DNA from: an uncultured Eubacteriales bacterium
Lineage (GTDB): Bacteria > Bacillota > Clostridia > Oscillospirales > Acutalibacteraceae
NCBI GenBank assembly: GCA_964610685.1
Contig: CAZSYK010000001.1
Span: 17,159-81,158, forward strand
Length of the DNA: 64,000 bases
Direction: 5' to 3'
The notes beneath the pieces are model-generated. The model had not been told where the DNA came from. It worked only from the letters and a program-made list of their open reading frames with translations, and did no database searches. The translations under genes and the position numbers were made by a program. This document shows, piece after piece, positions 9,355 through 19,100 of the stretch (position 1 is the stretch's first letter; each line of letters opens with the position of its first letter).

Positions 9355-10230
9355 GTGAAAGTTACAAAAGCAGTCATCCCCGCGGCAGGGCTTGGCACAA
9401 GAATTCTGCCCGCTACAAAAGCCATGCCTAAAGAAATGTTTCCAATAGTCGACAAACCGACTATTCAGTACATAGTGGAAGAAGCTGTAAAATCAGGTAT
9501 AACTGATATATTAATAATCACAAATCGCGGAAAAGAATCCGTCGAAGACCATTTTGACAGAAACCCCGAACTGGAAGCGGCACTCGAAAAAAGCGGGAAT
9601 GTCAGTTCTTTAAAGATTATAGAATCAATAAGCAATATGGCAAATATATATTTTATCCGTCAAAAGGAAATAAAAGGTCTGGGTCATGCCATCAGATGTG
9701 CTAAACCTTTTGTGGGTGACGAGCCCTTTGCCGTGCTTTATGGCGATGATGTTATAGACAGCGACGAACCGGTTTGCGCTCAACTGATCCGGGCTTTTAA
9801 TGAGTTTGGTCTCGGGGTTTTGGGTGCTAAACAAATGCCTGAAAAAGAAATCGGACGATATAGTTCGCTTAAAGTGGAAAATATCAGGGATAATTTATTT
9901 ATGTGTACAGACATGGTCGAAAAGCCCACACCCGACAAAATTTTATCTTTATATTCGATTTTGGGAAGATGCGTGTTGACTTCTGAAGTATTCGATATTT
10001 TAGAAACCACGCCTCCCGGCGCTGGCGGGGAAATTCAGCTTACCGATGCCATGAAAGTAATGGCGAAAAAAGCCGGTATGATAGCGGTTGATTTCATAGG
10101 CACCAGATATGATATAGGCAATAAGCTTGGCGCTATGAAAGCATCTGTTGAGATAGCTTTAAAACACCCTGAAATTTCAGAGGAATTCAAAAAGTATATT
10201 AAGCATCTTTCAAAAAGCTGGACGACTTGA
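9355..10230 (+). CDS. galU: UTP-glucose-1-phosphate uridylyltransferase
   Basis: N-terminal PAAGLGTRILPATKAMPKEM and VEKP motifs. GTG start with SD GGAGG. Confidence 0.88.
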   Translation: MKVTKAVIPAAGLGTRILPATKAMPKEMFPIVDKPTIQYIVEEAVKSGITDILIITNRGKESVEDHFDRNPELEAALEKSGNVSSLKIIESISNMANIYFIRQKEIKGLGHAIRCAKPFVGDEPFAVLYGDDVIDSDEPVCAQLIRAFNEFGLGVLGAKQMPEKEIGRYSSLKVENIRDNLFMCTDMVEKPTPDKILSLYSILGRCVLTSEVFDILETTPPGAGGEIQLTDAMKVMAKKAGMIAVDFIGTRYDIGNKLGAMKASVEIALKHPEISEEFKKYIKHLSKSWTT

Positions 10231-10295
10231 CAGAAAAGATTGTTATCTGTTTTGTGGCTGTTGTATTATGTTTAGAATTTTGGATAGACTCAGTA

Positions 10296-10335
10296 AAATA
10301 ACACAATTTTTATAATAAAATTGTGTTATTTTCAT
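10296..10335 (+). terminator. intrinsic terminator after galU
   Basis: Perfect 15-bp stem aaataacacaatttt / aaaattgtgttattt with a 6-nt loop, running into a T-tract. Confidence 0.7.
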
Positions 10336-10379
10336 ATCTATGATATAATAGTCACAAAAAATTATAGGGGGTTTTCGAA

Positions 10380-10853
10380 ATGGAGAAAGAAGTGATGTGT
10401 TGTCCTCCTTTTAACACAGAGCAATGGGACAACAAACTGTTAAAATGGGATAACAAAAAATTTATACTCGGGAAAGTTTTTACTTTCATGTTTGTGCCTA
10501 TTAATTTTGGTGGGGTAATAGCAAAGCTTCAACGGCAGGCGGAGGCGTCGGGCGCAAAAATGAAAGACTACTTATGTTTATCCGACCATACCTCAAAATG
10601 GAACATGAATATATTGTTAGCGGTTGACAAAGAGGTAAAAGGAGCAAATAATTTAAAGTTAAGCGGTGATTTTTACAGTAAGGTTTATGAAGGACCTTTT
10701 GGCGACACTGGAAAATGGTGCAAAGATTTTGAAGAAGATATGAAAAATAAAAATTATAAGACGAAAAAGATGTATATGTGGTATACGACATGTCCGAAAT
10801 GCGCCAAAAAATACGGAAAGAACTATGTTGTGGTAATAGCGGAAGTAGAATAG
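10380..10853 (+). CDS. conserved Cys-rich hypothetical protein
   Basis: N-terminal CCPPF and C-terminal CPKCAKKYGKNYVV motifs. SD GGGGG lies 8 nt upstream. I do not know the function. Confidence 0.6.
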   Translation: MEKEVMCCPPFNTEQWDNKLLKWDNKKFILGKVFTFMFVPINFGGVIAKLQRQAEASGAKMKDYLCLSDHTSKWNMNILLAVDKEVKGANNLKLSGDFYSKVYEGPFGDTGKWCKDFEEDMKNKNYKTKKMYMWYTTCPKCAKKYGKNYVVVIAEVE

Positions 10854-11041
10854 CCTTATGTTGATTTTATAAATTATAAGTGTTGCAAATCCGGCGATGA
10901 TATGCTAAACTATTTTGGTGTGCGCAAAGCATTACATAACAAAAAATAAATTTGTTCTGTTTTGATAACGCTTAAAACATCAGCATTCCTCTGCTCTTAT
11001 TAAAGAAGAAGCATGAATGTGTAGATTTTTTGGAGGAAAAA

Positions 11042-11383
11042 ATGAGCTTATTGACAAAAATTTCAGAATCATCAATGAAAACCGATCTGCCGGAGTTTAA
11101 CGTAGGCGACACTGTAAAGGTAGACGTCAAAATCAAGGAAGGCGAAAGAGAGAGAGTCCAGGTTTTTGAAGGAACTGTTATTGCAAAAAAAGGAAGCGGA
11201 ATTTCAAAAACTTTTACAGTAAGAAAAGTTTCTTACGGATTCGGTGTCGAAAGAATCTTTCCGTTTCATTCGCCCAGCGTTAAAGATGTTAAAGTTATAA
11301 GAAAAGGTCGCGTACGCAGAAGTAAGCTTTACTATTTAAGAGATCGCGTAGGTAAAGCAGCGAAAGTTAAAGAAAAAATTTAA
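11042..11383 (+). CDS. rplS: 50S ribosomal protein L19
   Basis: [16 protein letters not shown] and RRSKLYYLR motifs. The ATG at 11042 follows SD GGAGG; the listed TTG at 11030 is unlikely. Confidence 0.92.
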   Translation: MSLLTKISESSMKTDLPEFNVGDTVKVDVKIKEGERERVQVFEGTVIAKKGSGISKTFTVRKVSYGFGVERIFPFHSPSVKDVKVIRKGRVRRSKLYYLRDRVGKAAKVKEKI

Positions 11384-11410
11384 AGGGGGTTTTATTCCCC
11401 CCTCTTTTTG
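11384..11410 (+). terminator. intrinsic terminator after rplS
   Basis: ggggg / cccccc stem followed by ctttttg. Confidence 0.7.
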
Positions 11411-11489
11411 CTATAAATGTCAGTTGTTTTGAATGGTTTGTCTTCAATAAATGCTGTGTGTTTTGTTTTTGGAAGGAGCATGAATTAAC

Positions 11490-12083
11490 ATGTATGAACA
11501 AGAAAATAAAATGAGCGATAACAATGGGAATTTAAAGGCAAAAGTCAAAAATCCCGCAAGCAAATTTTCAGCGTTTTGTTTTGAATGGCTTGAGTCGATT
11601 GTTCAAGCAATAATAGTGGTTGTCATTTTGATGACTTTCTTGTTTAGAGTAGTTAACGTAAGCGGTACATCTATGCTTGATACTCTTCATGATGCGGATA
11701 AAGTGATTGTTTTGAAATGGAACTATGCTCCTAAAAGCGGCGATGTTGTGGTAATAAGTCGAGGTCAAAATCTTGATGAACCTCTCATTAAAAGAGTTAT
11801 AGCTACAGAAGGTCAAAGTTTAAGTATTGATTTTTCCGATGGCAGTGTTACAGTGGATGGAGTTAAGCTTAACGAAACCTATATAAAGGAACCCATGTGG
11901 CTTCAAGGCGATGGTGACATTCCTGCCGTTGTGCCGAAAGGGTACGCCTTTGTTATGGGCGATAACAGAAATCATTCTTTAGACAGCAGATTTAAAGATG
12001 TAGGACTTATCGTGAACGAAAATATAGTTGGAAAAGCAAGTTTTATAATATTCCCGTTTAACAGAATTAGGGAGATAAAGTGA
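11490..12083 (+). CDS. lepB: signal peptidase I
   Basis: N-terminal TM segment, catalytic Ser box SGTSML, Lys box KRVIA and GDNRNHSLDSR. Confidence 0.85.
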   Translation: MYEQENKMSDNNGNLKAKVKNPASKFSAFCFEWLESIVQAIIVVVILMTFLFRVVNVSGTSMLDTLHDADKVIVLKWNYAPKSGDVVVISRGQNLDEPLIKRVIATEGQSLSIDFSDGSVTVDGVKLNETYIKEPMWLQGDGDIPAVVPKGYAFVMGDNRNHSLDSRFKDVGLIVNENIVGKASFIIFPFNRIREIK

Positions 12084-12086
12084 TTT

Positions 12087-12962
12087 ATGGCCGGATTCAA
12101 AAATATTCAGTGGTTTCCGGGACATATGGCCAAAACAAAAAAAGAACTTAAAGAAAGCCTTAAAGAAGTCGATCTTGTGGCTGAAATTTTGGATGCAAGG
12201 ATCCCTGCAAGCAGTCGTAATCCCGACCTTGATACTATTATCATGAGTAAGCCACGGATAATGGTTTTAAATAAAACTGATTTATCCGATGATTTTCAAA
12301 ATAAAGAATGGATAAATTTTTATAAAAACAACAGCTTATATGCAGTGCCGTTTAGCTTGAAAAACAACCGAAGTGTAAGTTTATTTATAGATAAAGTTAT
12401 GGAAATCATGAAACCAAAATTAGATATCTGGAGATCCAAAGGCATGATAGGCCGAGATGTAAGAATTATGGTAGTTGGGATTCCCAACGTCGGAAAATCT
12501 TCATTTATAAATAAACTTTGCAAAAATTCAAAAGCAAAAGTTGAGAACAGACCGGGTGTCACGAGAAAAAATCAATGGTTTTCTATAGGCAAAAACCTTC
12601 AGCTTCTTGATACCCCGGGGGTTTTATGGCCCAAATTCGAAGATGAAAACGTAGCTTACAACCTTGCTTTTACAGGTGCTATAAAAGATCAAATACTAGA
12701 TGTTGAAGATTTGGCTTTAAAATTTATTGAAAAAATCAAATCAAATAACTTAAAAAATTTATCAAACAGATTTAATCTTGACTCAGAACTGATCTCTAAT
12801 TGGGTACCCACGGAGATTTTAGAGCATATAGGCAAAAAAAGAGGTATGCTCATTTCGGGCGGAGAAGTGGATATCCTAAGAACTTCAAACATGATACTTG
12901 AAGAATTTAGGAGCGGTAAGCTTGGGAAAATCACTTTGGAAACGCCGGAAATTATAAAATAA
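12087..12962 (+). CDS. rbgA: ribosome biogenesis GTPase A (YlqF)
   Basis: Circularly permuted GTPase motif order: NKTDL, then GIPNVGKSS, then DTPG. Confidence 0.85.
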   Translation: MAGFKNIQWFPGHMAKTKKELKESLKEVDLVAEILDARIPASSRNPDLDTIIMSKPRIMVLNKTDLSDDFQNKEWINFYKNNSLYAVPFSLKNNRSVSLFIDKVMEIMKPKLDIWRSKGMIGRDVRIMVVGIPNVGKSSFINKLCKNSKAKVENRPGVTRKNQWFSIGKNLQLLDTPGVLWPKFEDENVAYNLAFTGAIKDQILDVEDLALKFIEKIKSNNLKNLSNRFNLDSELISNWVPTEILEHIGKKRGMLISGGEVDILRTSNMILEEFRSGKLGKITLETPEIIK

Positions 12963-12995
12963 ATTCAAATAAGCAAACAAAGGATTTCAAATTAA

Positions 12996-13601
12996 ATGGA
13001 TTGGCTGTACTACGAAAAGTTATATAATGAAAACGGTAACAAAATTGTATGCGGAATTGATGAAGCCGGTCGTGGACCTTTGGCAGGTCCTGTATATGCT
13101 GCTGCTGTTATTTTGCCTGCGGGTTTGATAATTGAAGGGGTTAATGATTCCAAAAAAATCAGTGAAAAAAAACGTGATTATTTATTTAATGTTATAAAAG
13201 AAAAAGCACTGCATTACTTTGTGGCTTCGGCAAGTATGGAAGAGATAGAAGATTTAAACATATTAAACGCCACTTTTTTAGCGATGAAAAGAGCTGTTAA
13301 AGGGCTTGCACTTGCACCTGACGTTGCTCTCGTGGATGGTAATCAGTGCCCTGATTTGGGTGTTTGTGCAAAACCTATTGTTAAAGGAGACGCGCTTTCC
13401 GAGTCCATTGCATGCGCCTCGATTTTATCAAAAGTTACTCGTGATCGTGTTATGGAAAAAGAAGCCGAAAAATATCCTGAATATCAGTTTGAAAAGCATA
13501 AAGGTTATGGCACAAAGTTACATATTGAAGCAATTAAAAATTATGGACCATCTCCGATACACAGAAGAAGCTTTTTAAAGAAAATATTAAAAAATGGATA
13601 A
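12996..13601 (+). CDS. rnhB: ribonuclease HII
   Basis: GIDEAGRGPLAGPV and DSKK motifs. Confidence 0.9.
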   Translation: MDWLYYEKLYNENGNKIVCGIDEAGRGPLAGPVYAAAVILPAGLIIEGVNDSKKISEKKRDYLFNVIKEKALHYFVASASMEEIEDLNILNATFLAMKRAVKGLALAPDVALVDGNQCPDLGVCAKPIVKGDALSESIACASILSKVTRDRVMEKEAEKYPEYQFEKHKGYGTKLHIEAIKNYGPSPIHRRSFLKKILKNG

Positions 13602-13977
13602 TAGGAAGCTAACGGGTAACAAAGGGGAAACATTTGCACTTAAGTATCTTGTGAATAAAGGCTTTAATCTTTGTGAAAGTAACTATCACAGCAGGTATGG
13701 CGAGATAGATATAATTTTAGAAAACGATGAATATATTGTTTTTGTGGAAGTGAAAACCCGAAAATCGTGCGCGAATTTTCGAGGTGTTGAAGCTGTAAAT
13801 AAAAATAAAAGAATAAAAATAATAAAAACTGCATTTGTTTATCTTTTGAACAATCCAACAAAAAAGCAGCCAAGGTTTGATGTTGTCGAAATTATTGTTG
13901 ATAGCAAAGGAACGATTGTAAATATCAATTATTTTGATAATGCTTTTGATGTGGGGGAATATGATGCGATTTTTTGA
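13594..13977 (+). CDS. yraN: YraN-family (UPF0102) endonuclease-like protein
   Basis: GEIDIIL..VFVEVKTR core. It overlaps the rnhB stop. Confidence 0.8.
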   Translation: MDNRKLTGNKGETFALKYLVNKGFNLCESNYHSRYGEIDIILENDEYIVFVEVKTRKSCANFRGVEAVNKNKRIKIIKTAFVYLLNNPTKKQPRFDVVEIIVDSKGTIVNINYFDNAFDVGEYDAIF

Positions 13978-14905
13978 TCTGCATTGCGACACTCTTTACC
14001 GATCTTTAATTGAAAACCAAGATCTTTATGAGAATAACTTTCATGTTTGCATCGCTAGAGCTGAGAATTATTATCCGTACATAGGTTGTTTTGCGGTTTG
14101 GATCCCTGACGATATACGCGAGGAAAAAGCGATAACCCTTTTCGATACTGCCGCGCAAAAACTTCATAATCAAGAATTTTTACATAACGAATTTTTTAAA
14201 GTGTGCAATTCTTTTAAGGATATGCAGGATATTTATAAAGGCGATTTGAATAAAAAAGGTATAATTTTAACTGTTGAAGGCGGAGCGGTTTTAGGCGGCG
14301 ACATTAATCGCGTTAAACATCTTAACAGCCTTGGAGTTAAAATAATGACTCTTACGTGGAACGGGAATTGCGAGATAGGGGACGGCGCAGGAATAGAAAA
14401 TTCCAAAGGTCTTACAAATTTTGGCCGTAAAGTAGTGCAAGAAATGGAAAAGTTTGGTATAATAGTTGACGTGTCACATGCGAGCGAAAAACTTTTTTAT
14501 GATGTTGACGAAATTGCTTGCGTTCCGTTTATTGCGACTCATTCGAACTCAAAGACATTATGTGACCATAAACGTAACCTTACCGATGAGCAATTCGCAG
14601 TGATAAAAAAGCACGGCGGAATTGTAGGAATTACTTTTTGCAGTGATTTTTTAACTAAAAAATCCAATCCTTCTTTTGATGATATCCTGAAGCATGTTGA
14701 ATATTTTTTGTCGCTTGGCGGCGAAAATACCGTAAGCATAGGTAGCGATTTTGACGGTGCGAATATTCCGGCTGAAATGGTAGGAATTGAGTCCATTGAA
14801 AAGCTGTATGAACATTTTTTGATTAAAAATTATAACGAAACTTTAGTGGATAAAATTTTTTTCAGTAACGCATACGAATTTATGGTTAAATCTATAATGC
14901 CGTGA
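13961..14905 (+). CDS. M19-family dipeptidase
   Basis: FDLHCDT, DVSH and THSNS motifs. The ATG at 13961 follows a GGGGGA SD; the listed TTG at 13934 is unlikely. Confidence 0.8.
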   Translation: MMRFFDLHCDTLYRSLIENQDLYENNFHVCIARAENYYPYIGCFAVWIPDDIREEKAITLFDTAAQKLHNQEFLHNEFFKVCNSFKDMQDIYKGDLNKKGIILTVEGGAVLGGDINRVKHLNSLGVKIMTLTWNGNCEIGDGAGIENSKGLTNFGRKVVQEMEKFGIIVDVSHASEKLFYDVDEIACVPFIATHSNSKTLCDHKRNLTDEQFAVIKKHGGIVGITFCSDFLTKKSNPSFDDILKHVEYFLSLGGENTVSIGSDFDGANIPAEMVGIESIEKLYEHFLIKNYNETLVDKIFFSNAYEFMVKSIMP

Positions 14906-14935
14906 GATTTCTTGAGTGTTGTAAAGGAGGTATAT

Positions 14936-15625
14936 ATGTCAGTTTATGCTATAGCAGATCTGCACTTTTCTTTTGGCGTGGACAAATCCATGGATGTTTT
15001 TGACGGTTGGGACGATTATGTTGAAAAAATCGAAGAAAACTGGAAAGCAACAGTTAACGATGACGATACCGTGGTTATTGCGGGGGATATTTCTTGGGCA
15101 ATGAAACTTGAAGAAGCAGAAAAAGATTTCAGATTTATAAATAGCCTTCCGGGCAAGAAAATCATGATCAAAGGTAATCATGATTATTGGTGGAGCACAA
15201 AAGCCAAAGTGGAGAGTTTTCTAAAAGAAAATTCATTTAATACGATTTCAATTTTATTTAATTCGGCTTATCCCGTTGAAAATGTATGTATTTGCGGAAC
15301 AAGAGGCTGGATGTATAATTCCGAAAGCGAGGAAGATGAAAAAATACTTTCACGTGAAGCGGGACGGCTGAGATATTCTCTGGATATTGCAAAGAAATAT
15401 AATTTAGAACCGATCGTGTTTTTACATTATCCCCCTGTATATGGTCACGATGAATCAGAAGAAATTATGAATCTTTTGATTGAAAGAGAAGTTAAAAAAT
15501 GTTATTATGGTCATATTCACGGCAACGTATCAAAAAATAATATTGTTGAAGGTAACTATAAAGGCATATATTTTAAGATGATATCGTGTGATTACATAGA
15601 TTTTTGCCCGGTTTTAGTTGCTTAA
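14936..15625 (+). CDS. metallophosphoesterase
   Basis: Calcineurin-like motifs DLHF, GDISW, GNHDYW and HYPP. The ATG follows SD AAGGAGG. Confidence 0.75.
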   Translation: MSVYAIADLHFSFGVDKSMDVFDGWDDYVEKIEENWKATVNDDDTVVIAGDISWAMKLEEAEKDFRFINSLPGKKIMIKGNHDYWWSTKAKVESFLKENSFNTISILFNSAYPVENVCICGTRGWMYNSESEEDEKILSREAGRLRYSLDIAKKYNLEPIVFLHYPPVYGHDESEEIMNLLIEREVKKCYYGHIHGNVSKNNIVEGNYKGIYFKMISCDYIDFCPVLVA

Positions 15626-15685
15626 AAATATTAATGTATTTCCGTGTATTAAGTTTTGTGCTTTTTGAAAGGATGATATTTTAAA

Positions 15686-16972
15686 ATGGAACTCAGGTCG
15701 TCAAATAAAACAGATGTTAATCGTTGGGAACTCGAAATTGCAGTGCCTTCCGAAGATTTTGGTAAAGAAGTAGATAAAATTTACAATCGCGAAAAAAATA
15801 AAATAACTGTCTCGGGTTTCAGAAAAGGCAAAGCTCCGAGGAGCTTTATAGAAAAATATTATGGTGATCAAATTTTCTATGAAGATGCAGTTAATGCCAT
15901 ATATCCCTATGCACTGGAAGATGCGGCGAAACAGGCGGGCATTGAGCTTGTGGATGATCACATAGATTTTGAAATCGTGAAGCTCAGCAAAGAGGACGGC
16001 CTTATCTTTAAGGTAAAGGTAACGGTTATGCCTGAAGTGACAGTTGAAAATTACAAGGGCATAGAAGTCAAAAAAAGAAAAAATGAAGACGTTTCCGAAA
16101 AAGATATTAACAAAGAAATAGAAGCTCTTCAGCAAAGAAACGCAAGGCTTGTAACAGTTGAAGACGGAGTCGCAGAGATGGGCGATACTGTTAAAATAGA
16201 TTTTGAAGGCTCAGTAGACTCAGAGCTTTTTGATGGGGGAAGCGCAAAAGACGTAGCGCTCGAACTTGGCAAAAAACAGTTTATAGAAGGTTTTGAAGAA
16301 CAGGTTGCGGGTCATAAAGTTGGTGATGAGTTTGAAGTAAAAGTGAAATTTCCGGAAAATTATCACGCTGTAGATCTGGCGAATAAAGATGCGGTATTTA
16401 AAACCAAACTCAATAAAATTCAGAAAAAAGAACTTCCGAAAGTCGATGATGAATTCATAAAGGATATTAGCGAATTTGACACTGTTGACGAATTTAAAGA
16501 AGATCTTAAAAAGAAACTTTCGGAAAACAGAATAATTAAAGCCGAAAACGAAACAGAAAACGAAATGATAGAAAAATTTATTGAACTTGTAAAAGCAGAA
16601 GTTCCTGATGCTCTTGTTAAAGGAAAAGTAAAAGAGCTTATGAGAGATTTTGAATACAGGCTTAAACCACAAGGCATTAGTTTAAAAGATTACGCTAAAT
16701 ATACAGGCATGACTGAAGAAACTTTGGAAGAAAACTTCCGACCACAAGCACTTAGCCACGTTAAACTTGATCTCGGACTTAAAAAAGTCGGGGAACTTGA
16801 GAACATAAAAATTTCCGAAGAAGAATTGGCAAAAGAATTCGAAAAAGTTGCGGAACATTATAAAATGACAGTCGATCAGATTAAAAAATTTGTTATGAAA
16901 GAAGATCTTGAAAAAGATATGATCAAAACAAAAGCCTTGGAAATTTTAAAAAACAGCAGAATGGAAAAATAA
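15686..16972 (+). CDS. tig: trigger factor
   Basis: GFRKGKAP ribosome-binding loop, central FKBP-like domain, and position upstream of clpP-clpX. Confidence 0.92.
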   Translation: MELRSSNKTDVNRWELEIAVPSEDFGKEVDKIYNREKNKITVSGFRKGKAPRSFIEKYYGDQIFYEDAVNAIYPYALEDAAKQAGIELVDDHIDFEIVKLSKEDGLIFKVKVTVMPEVTVENYKGIEVKKRKNEDVSEKDINKEIEALQQRNARLVTVEDGVAEMGDTVKIDFEGSVDSELFDGGSAKDVALELGKKQFIEGFEEQVAGHKVGDEFEVKVKFPENYHAVDLANKDAVFKTKLNKIQKKELPKVDDEFIKDISEFDTVDEFKEDLKKKLSENRIIKAENETENEMIEKFIELVKAEVPDALVKGKVKELMRDFEYRLKPQGISLKDYAKYTGMTEETLEENFRPQALSHVKLDLGLKKVGELENIKISEEELAKEFEKVAEHYKMTVDQIKKFVMKEDLEKDMIKTKALEILKNSRMEK

Positions 16973-17092
16973 TTCATACATAAATAAAACAATGATTTTT
17001 TGTTTTAAGACATACAATTTTGTATAAATTTTCAAGTTTTGACTAATTATTATTCATATTAAAATATGCTGTGATAAGAGAGGGTTTTACAG

Positions 17093-17674
17093 ATGAGTTT
17101 AGTGCCTTACGTAGTAGAGCAAACAAGCCGCGGAGAAAGATCTTACGATATTTTTTCAAGGCTTTTAAATGATAGGATTGTTATGCTTAATGAAGAAGTG
17201 AACATGAACACTTCAAGTTTGATAGTCGCTCAGCTTCTGTATCTGGAAGGTCAGGACGCTTCAAAAGATATCAGCTTTTACATTAACAGTCCCGGGGGAT
17301 CGGTAACAGACGGTATGGCTATATATGATACAATGCAGTATATAAAATGTGATGTGTCGACAATATGCATAGGTTTAGCGGCAAGCATGGGTGCTTTTCT
17401 TCTTGCGGCGGGCACCAAAGGCAAAAGATACGCTCTTCCAAACAGTGATATAATGATCCATCAGCCAAGCGGTGGTGCAAAAGGTCAGGCAACCGACATT
17501 CACATACACGCTCAGCACATACTTAAAACAAAAGAAAAACTAAATAAAATTCTTTCCGAAAAAACAGGTCAGCCTTATGAAGTTATAGCAAATGATACGG
17601 AACGTGACAATTTCATGGATGCAGAACAGGCTAAAGCTTACGGTATAGTTGATAAAGTCATATACAAAAGGTAA
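17093..17674 (+). CDS. clpP: ATP-dependent Clp protease proteolytic subunit
   Basis: Catalytic Ser in GLAASMGA, His in MIHQPSGG. Confidence 0.95.
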   Translation: MSLVPYVVEQTSRGERSYDIFSRLLNDRIVMLNEEVNMNTSSLIVAQLLYLEGQDASKDISFYINSPGGSVTDGMAIYDTMQYIKCDVSTICIGLAASMGAFLLAAGTKGKRYALPNSDIMIHQPSGGAKGQATDIHIHAQHILKTKEKLNKILSEKTGQPYEVIANDTERDNFMDAEQAKAYGIVDKVIYKR

Positions 17675-17740
17675 TTCTTGTTCGGCAGCTGGATCTAAAA
17701 CCAATTTTAAATTATATAGGTTAGGAATCGGTGATTAATC

Positions 17741-19087
17741 ATGAGTATAAATCGAGGAAGTAAAGACAGGGAACTATGTTGCTCATTCTGCGGTAAACCT
17801 CAAAATGAAGCCAAAAAATTAGTTGCAGGTCCGGGAGTATGCATTTGTGATGAATGCATAGACTTGTGTGTGTCAATTCTTGATGAAGAAATTGGTGAAT
17901 TAAAGAGCAAACGCAAAAGCATTAAAACCGATTCAAAGACGAGTGACAAAAATAAGGTTTTACCCAAACCTCATGAAATAAAAGAATATCTTGATGAATA
18001 CGTAATAGGACAAGATAGTGCCAAAACGGCGCTGTCTGTAGCCGTTTATAATCACTATAAAAGAATATTTTTTGGTGATACCGGAGACGACGTCGAGCTG
18101 AAGAAAAGCAACATACTTCTTTTGGGTCCGACGGGCGTGGGAAAAACTTTGCTTGCTCAAACACTTGCGCAAATGATAGATGTTCCGTTTGCAATTGCCG
18201 ACGCTACAACTTTAACAGAAGCAGGGTATGTAGGGGAAGACGTTGAAAATATACTTTTGCGCCTGATTCAAGCAGCGGATTTTGACATTGAAAGAGCCGA
18301 ACGCGGAATAATATATATCGACGAGATCGATAAAATAGCAAGAAAATCCGAAAATGCTTCCATAACTCGCGATGTTAGCGGCGAAGGCGTCCAGCAAGCT
18401 CTTCTTAAAATAATTGAAGGCACGACTTCAAGCGTGCCTCCTAAAGGCGGCCGCAAACATCCGCAGCAGGAATTTATACAAGTAAACACTTCAAATATTC
18501 TTTTCATATGCGGCGGTGCTTTTGAAGGTATAGAAAAAATAATTGAAAAAAGAGTCAGTACTTCTTCAATGGGATTTGGTGCCAATGTTATGACACGCAA
18601 GGAGCTTGATTCGACGGATTGGATGAGTCAAGCTGTGCCTCAGGATTTTGTGAAATACGGTCTTATTCCGGAACTTGTCGGAAGGCTTCCAATAATAGCC
18701 TCCCTTAAAGGTTTGGATGAAGAGGCACTGGTAAGAATTTTAACCGAACCCAAAAATTCTCTTATAAAACAATACAGAAAATTGTTTGAACTTGATAAGG
18801 TTGAACTTGAATTTAAAGATTCAGCTCTTAAAGCTGTTGCCAAAAAAGCAATAGAGAGGAATATAGGGGCACGCGGTCTTCGCTCAATTATAGAAGAAAC
18901 TTTGCAAAAAGTAATGTTTGACGTTCCATCTGATCACACTATCGAAAAAGTAGTGATTGACGGAGATGTTATAAAAGGCAAAAACAAACCCGAATTTTTA
19001 TATAATGATAAGCGCGAGCCGGTTATAATATCAATAGATTCCAATAAATTAATAAATAAGCGTTCTAAAAAAAGTGATGCTTCATAA
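17741..19087 (+). CDS. clpX: ATP-dependent Clp protease ATPase subunit ClpX
   Basis: N-terminal zinc ribbon CSFCGK..CICDEC, Walker A GPTGVGKT, Walker [10 protein letters not shown]. Confidence 0.95.
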   Translation: MSINRGSKDRELCCSFCGKPQNEAKKLVAGPGVCICDECIDLCVSILDEEIGELKSKRKSIKTDSKTSDKNKVLPKPHEIKEYLDEYVIGQDSAKTALSVAVYNHYKRIFFGDTGDDVELKKSNILLLGPTGVGKTLLAQTLAQMIDVPFAIADATTLTEAGYVGEDVENILLRLIQAADFDIERAERGIIYIDEIDKIARKSENASITRDVSGEGVQQALLKIIEGTTSSVPPKGGRKHPQQEFIQVNTSNILFICGGAFEGIEKIIEKRVSTSSMGFGANVMTRKELDSTDWMSQAVPQDFVKYGLIPELVGRLPIIASLKGLDEEALVRILTEPKNSLIKQYRKLFELDKVELEFKDSALKAVAKKAIERNIGARGLRSIIEETLQKVMFDVPSDHTIEKVVIDGDVIKGKNKPEFLYNDKREPVIISIDSNKLINKRSKKSDAS

Positions 19088-19100
19088 AGAATGGAGTTGA

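Noticed and set aside
10854-11041. A possible L19 ribosomal-protein leader upstream of rplS.
   Set aside because: A 188-nt untranslated region with an imperfect hairpin (about 10985-11025) is in the right place, but I cannot verify the Rfam L19_leader consensus from memory. A cmsearch with RF00556 would decide.
13306-13578. A 90-aa plus-strand ORF in an alternative frame within rnhB.
   Set aside because: It lies fully inside a well-supported RNase HII gene, has no SD, and has no recognisable motifs.
15701-16677. Long minus-strand ORFs inside tig (144, 150 and 85 aa).
   Set aside because: These are antisense shadows of a K/E-rich gene. They are F/I/K/N-rich nonsense translations without SD.
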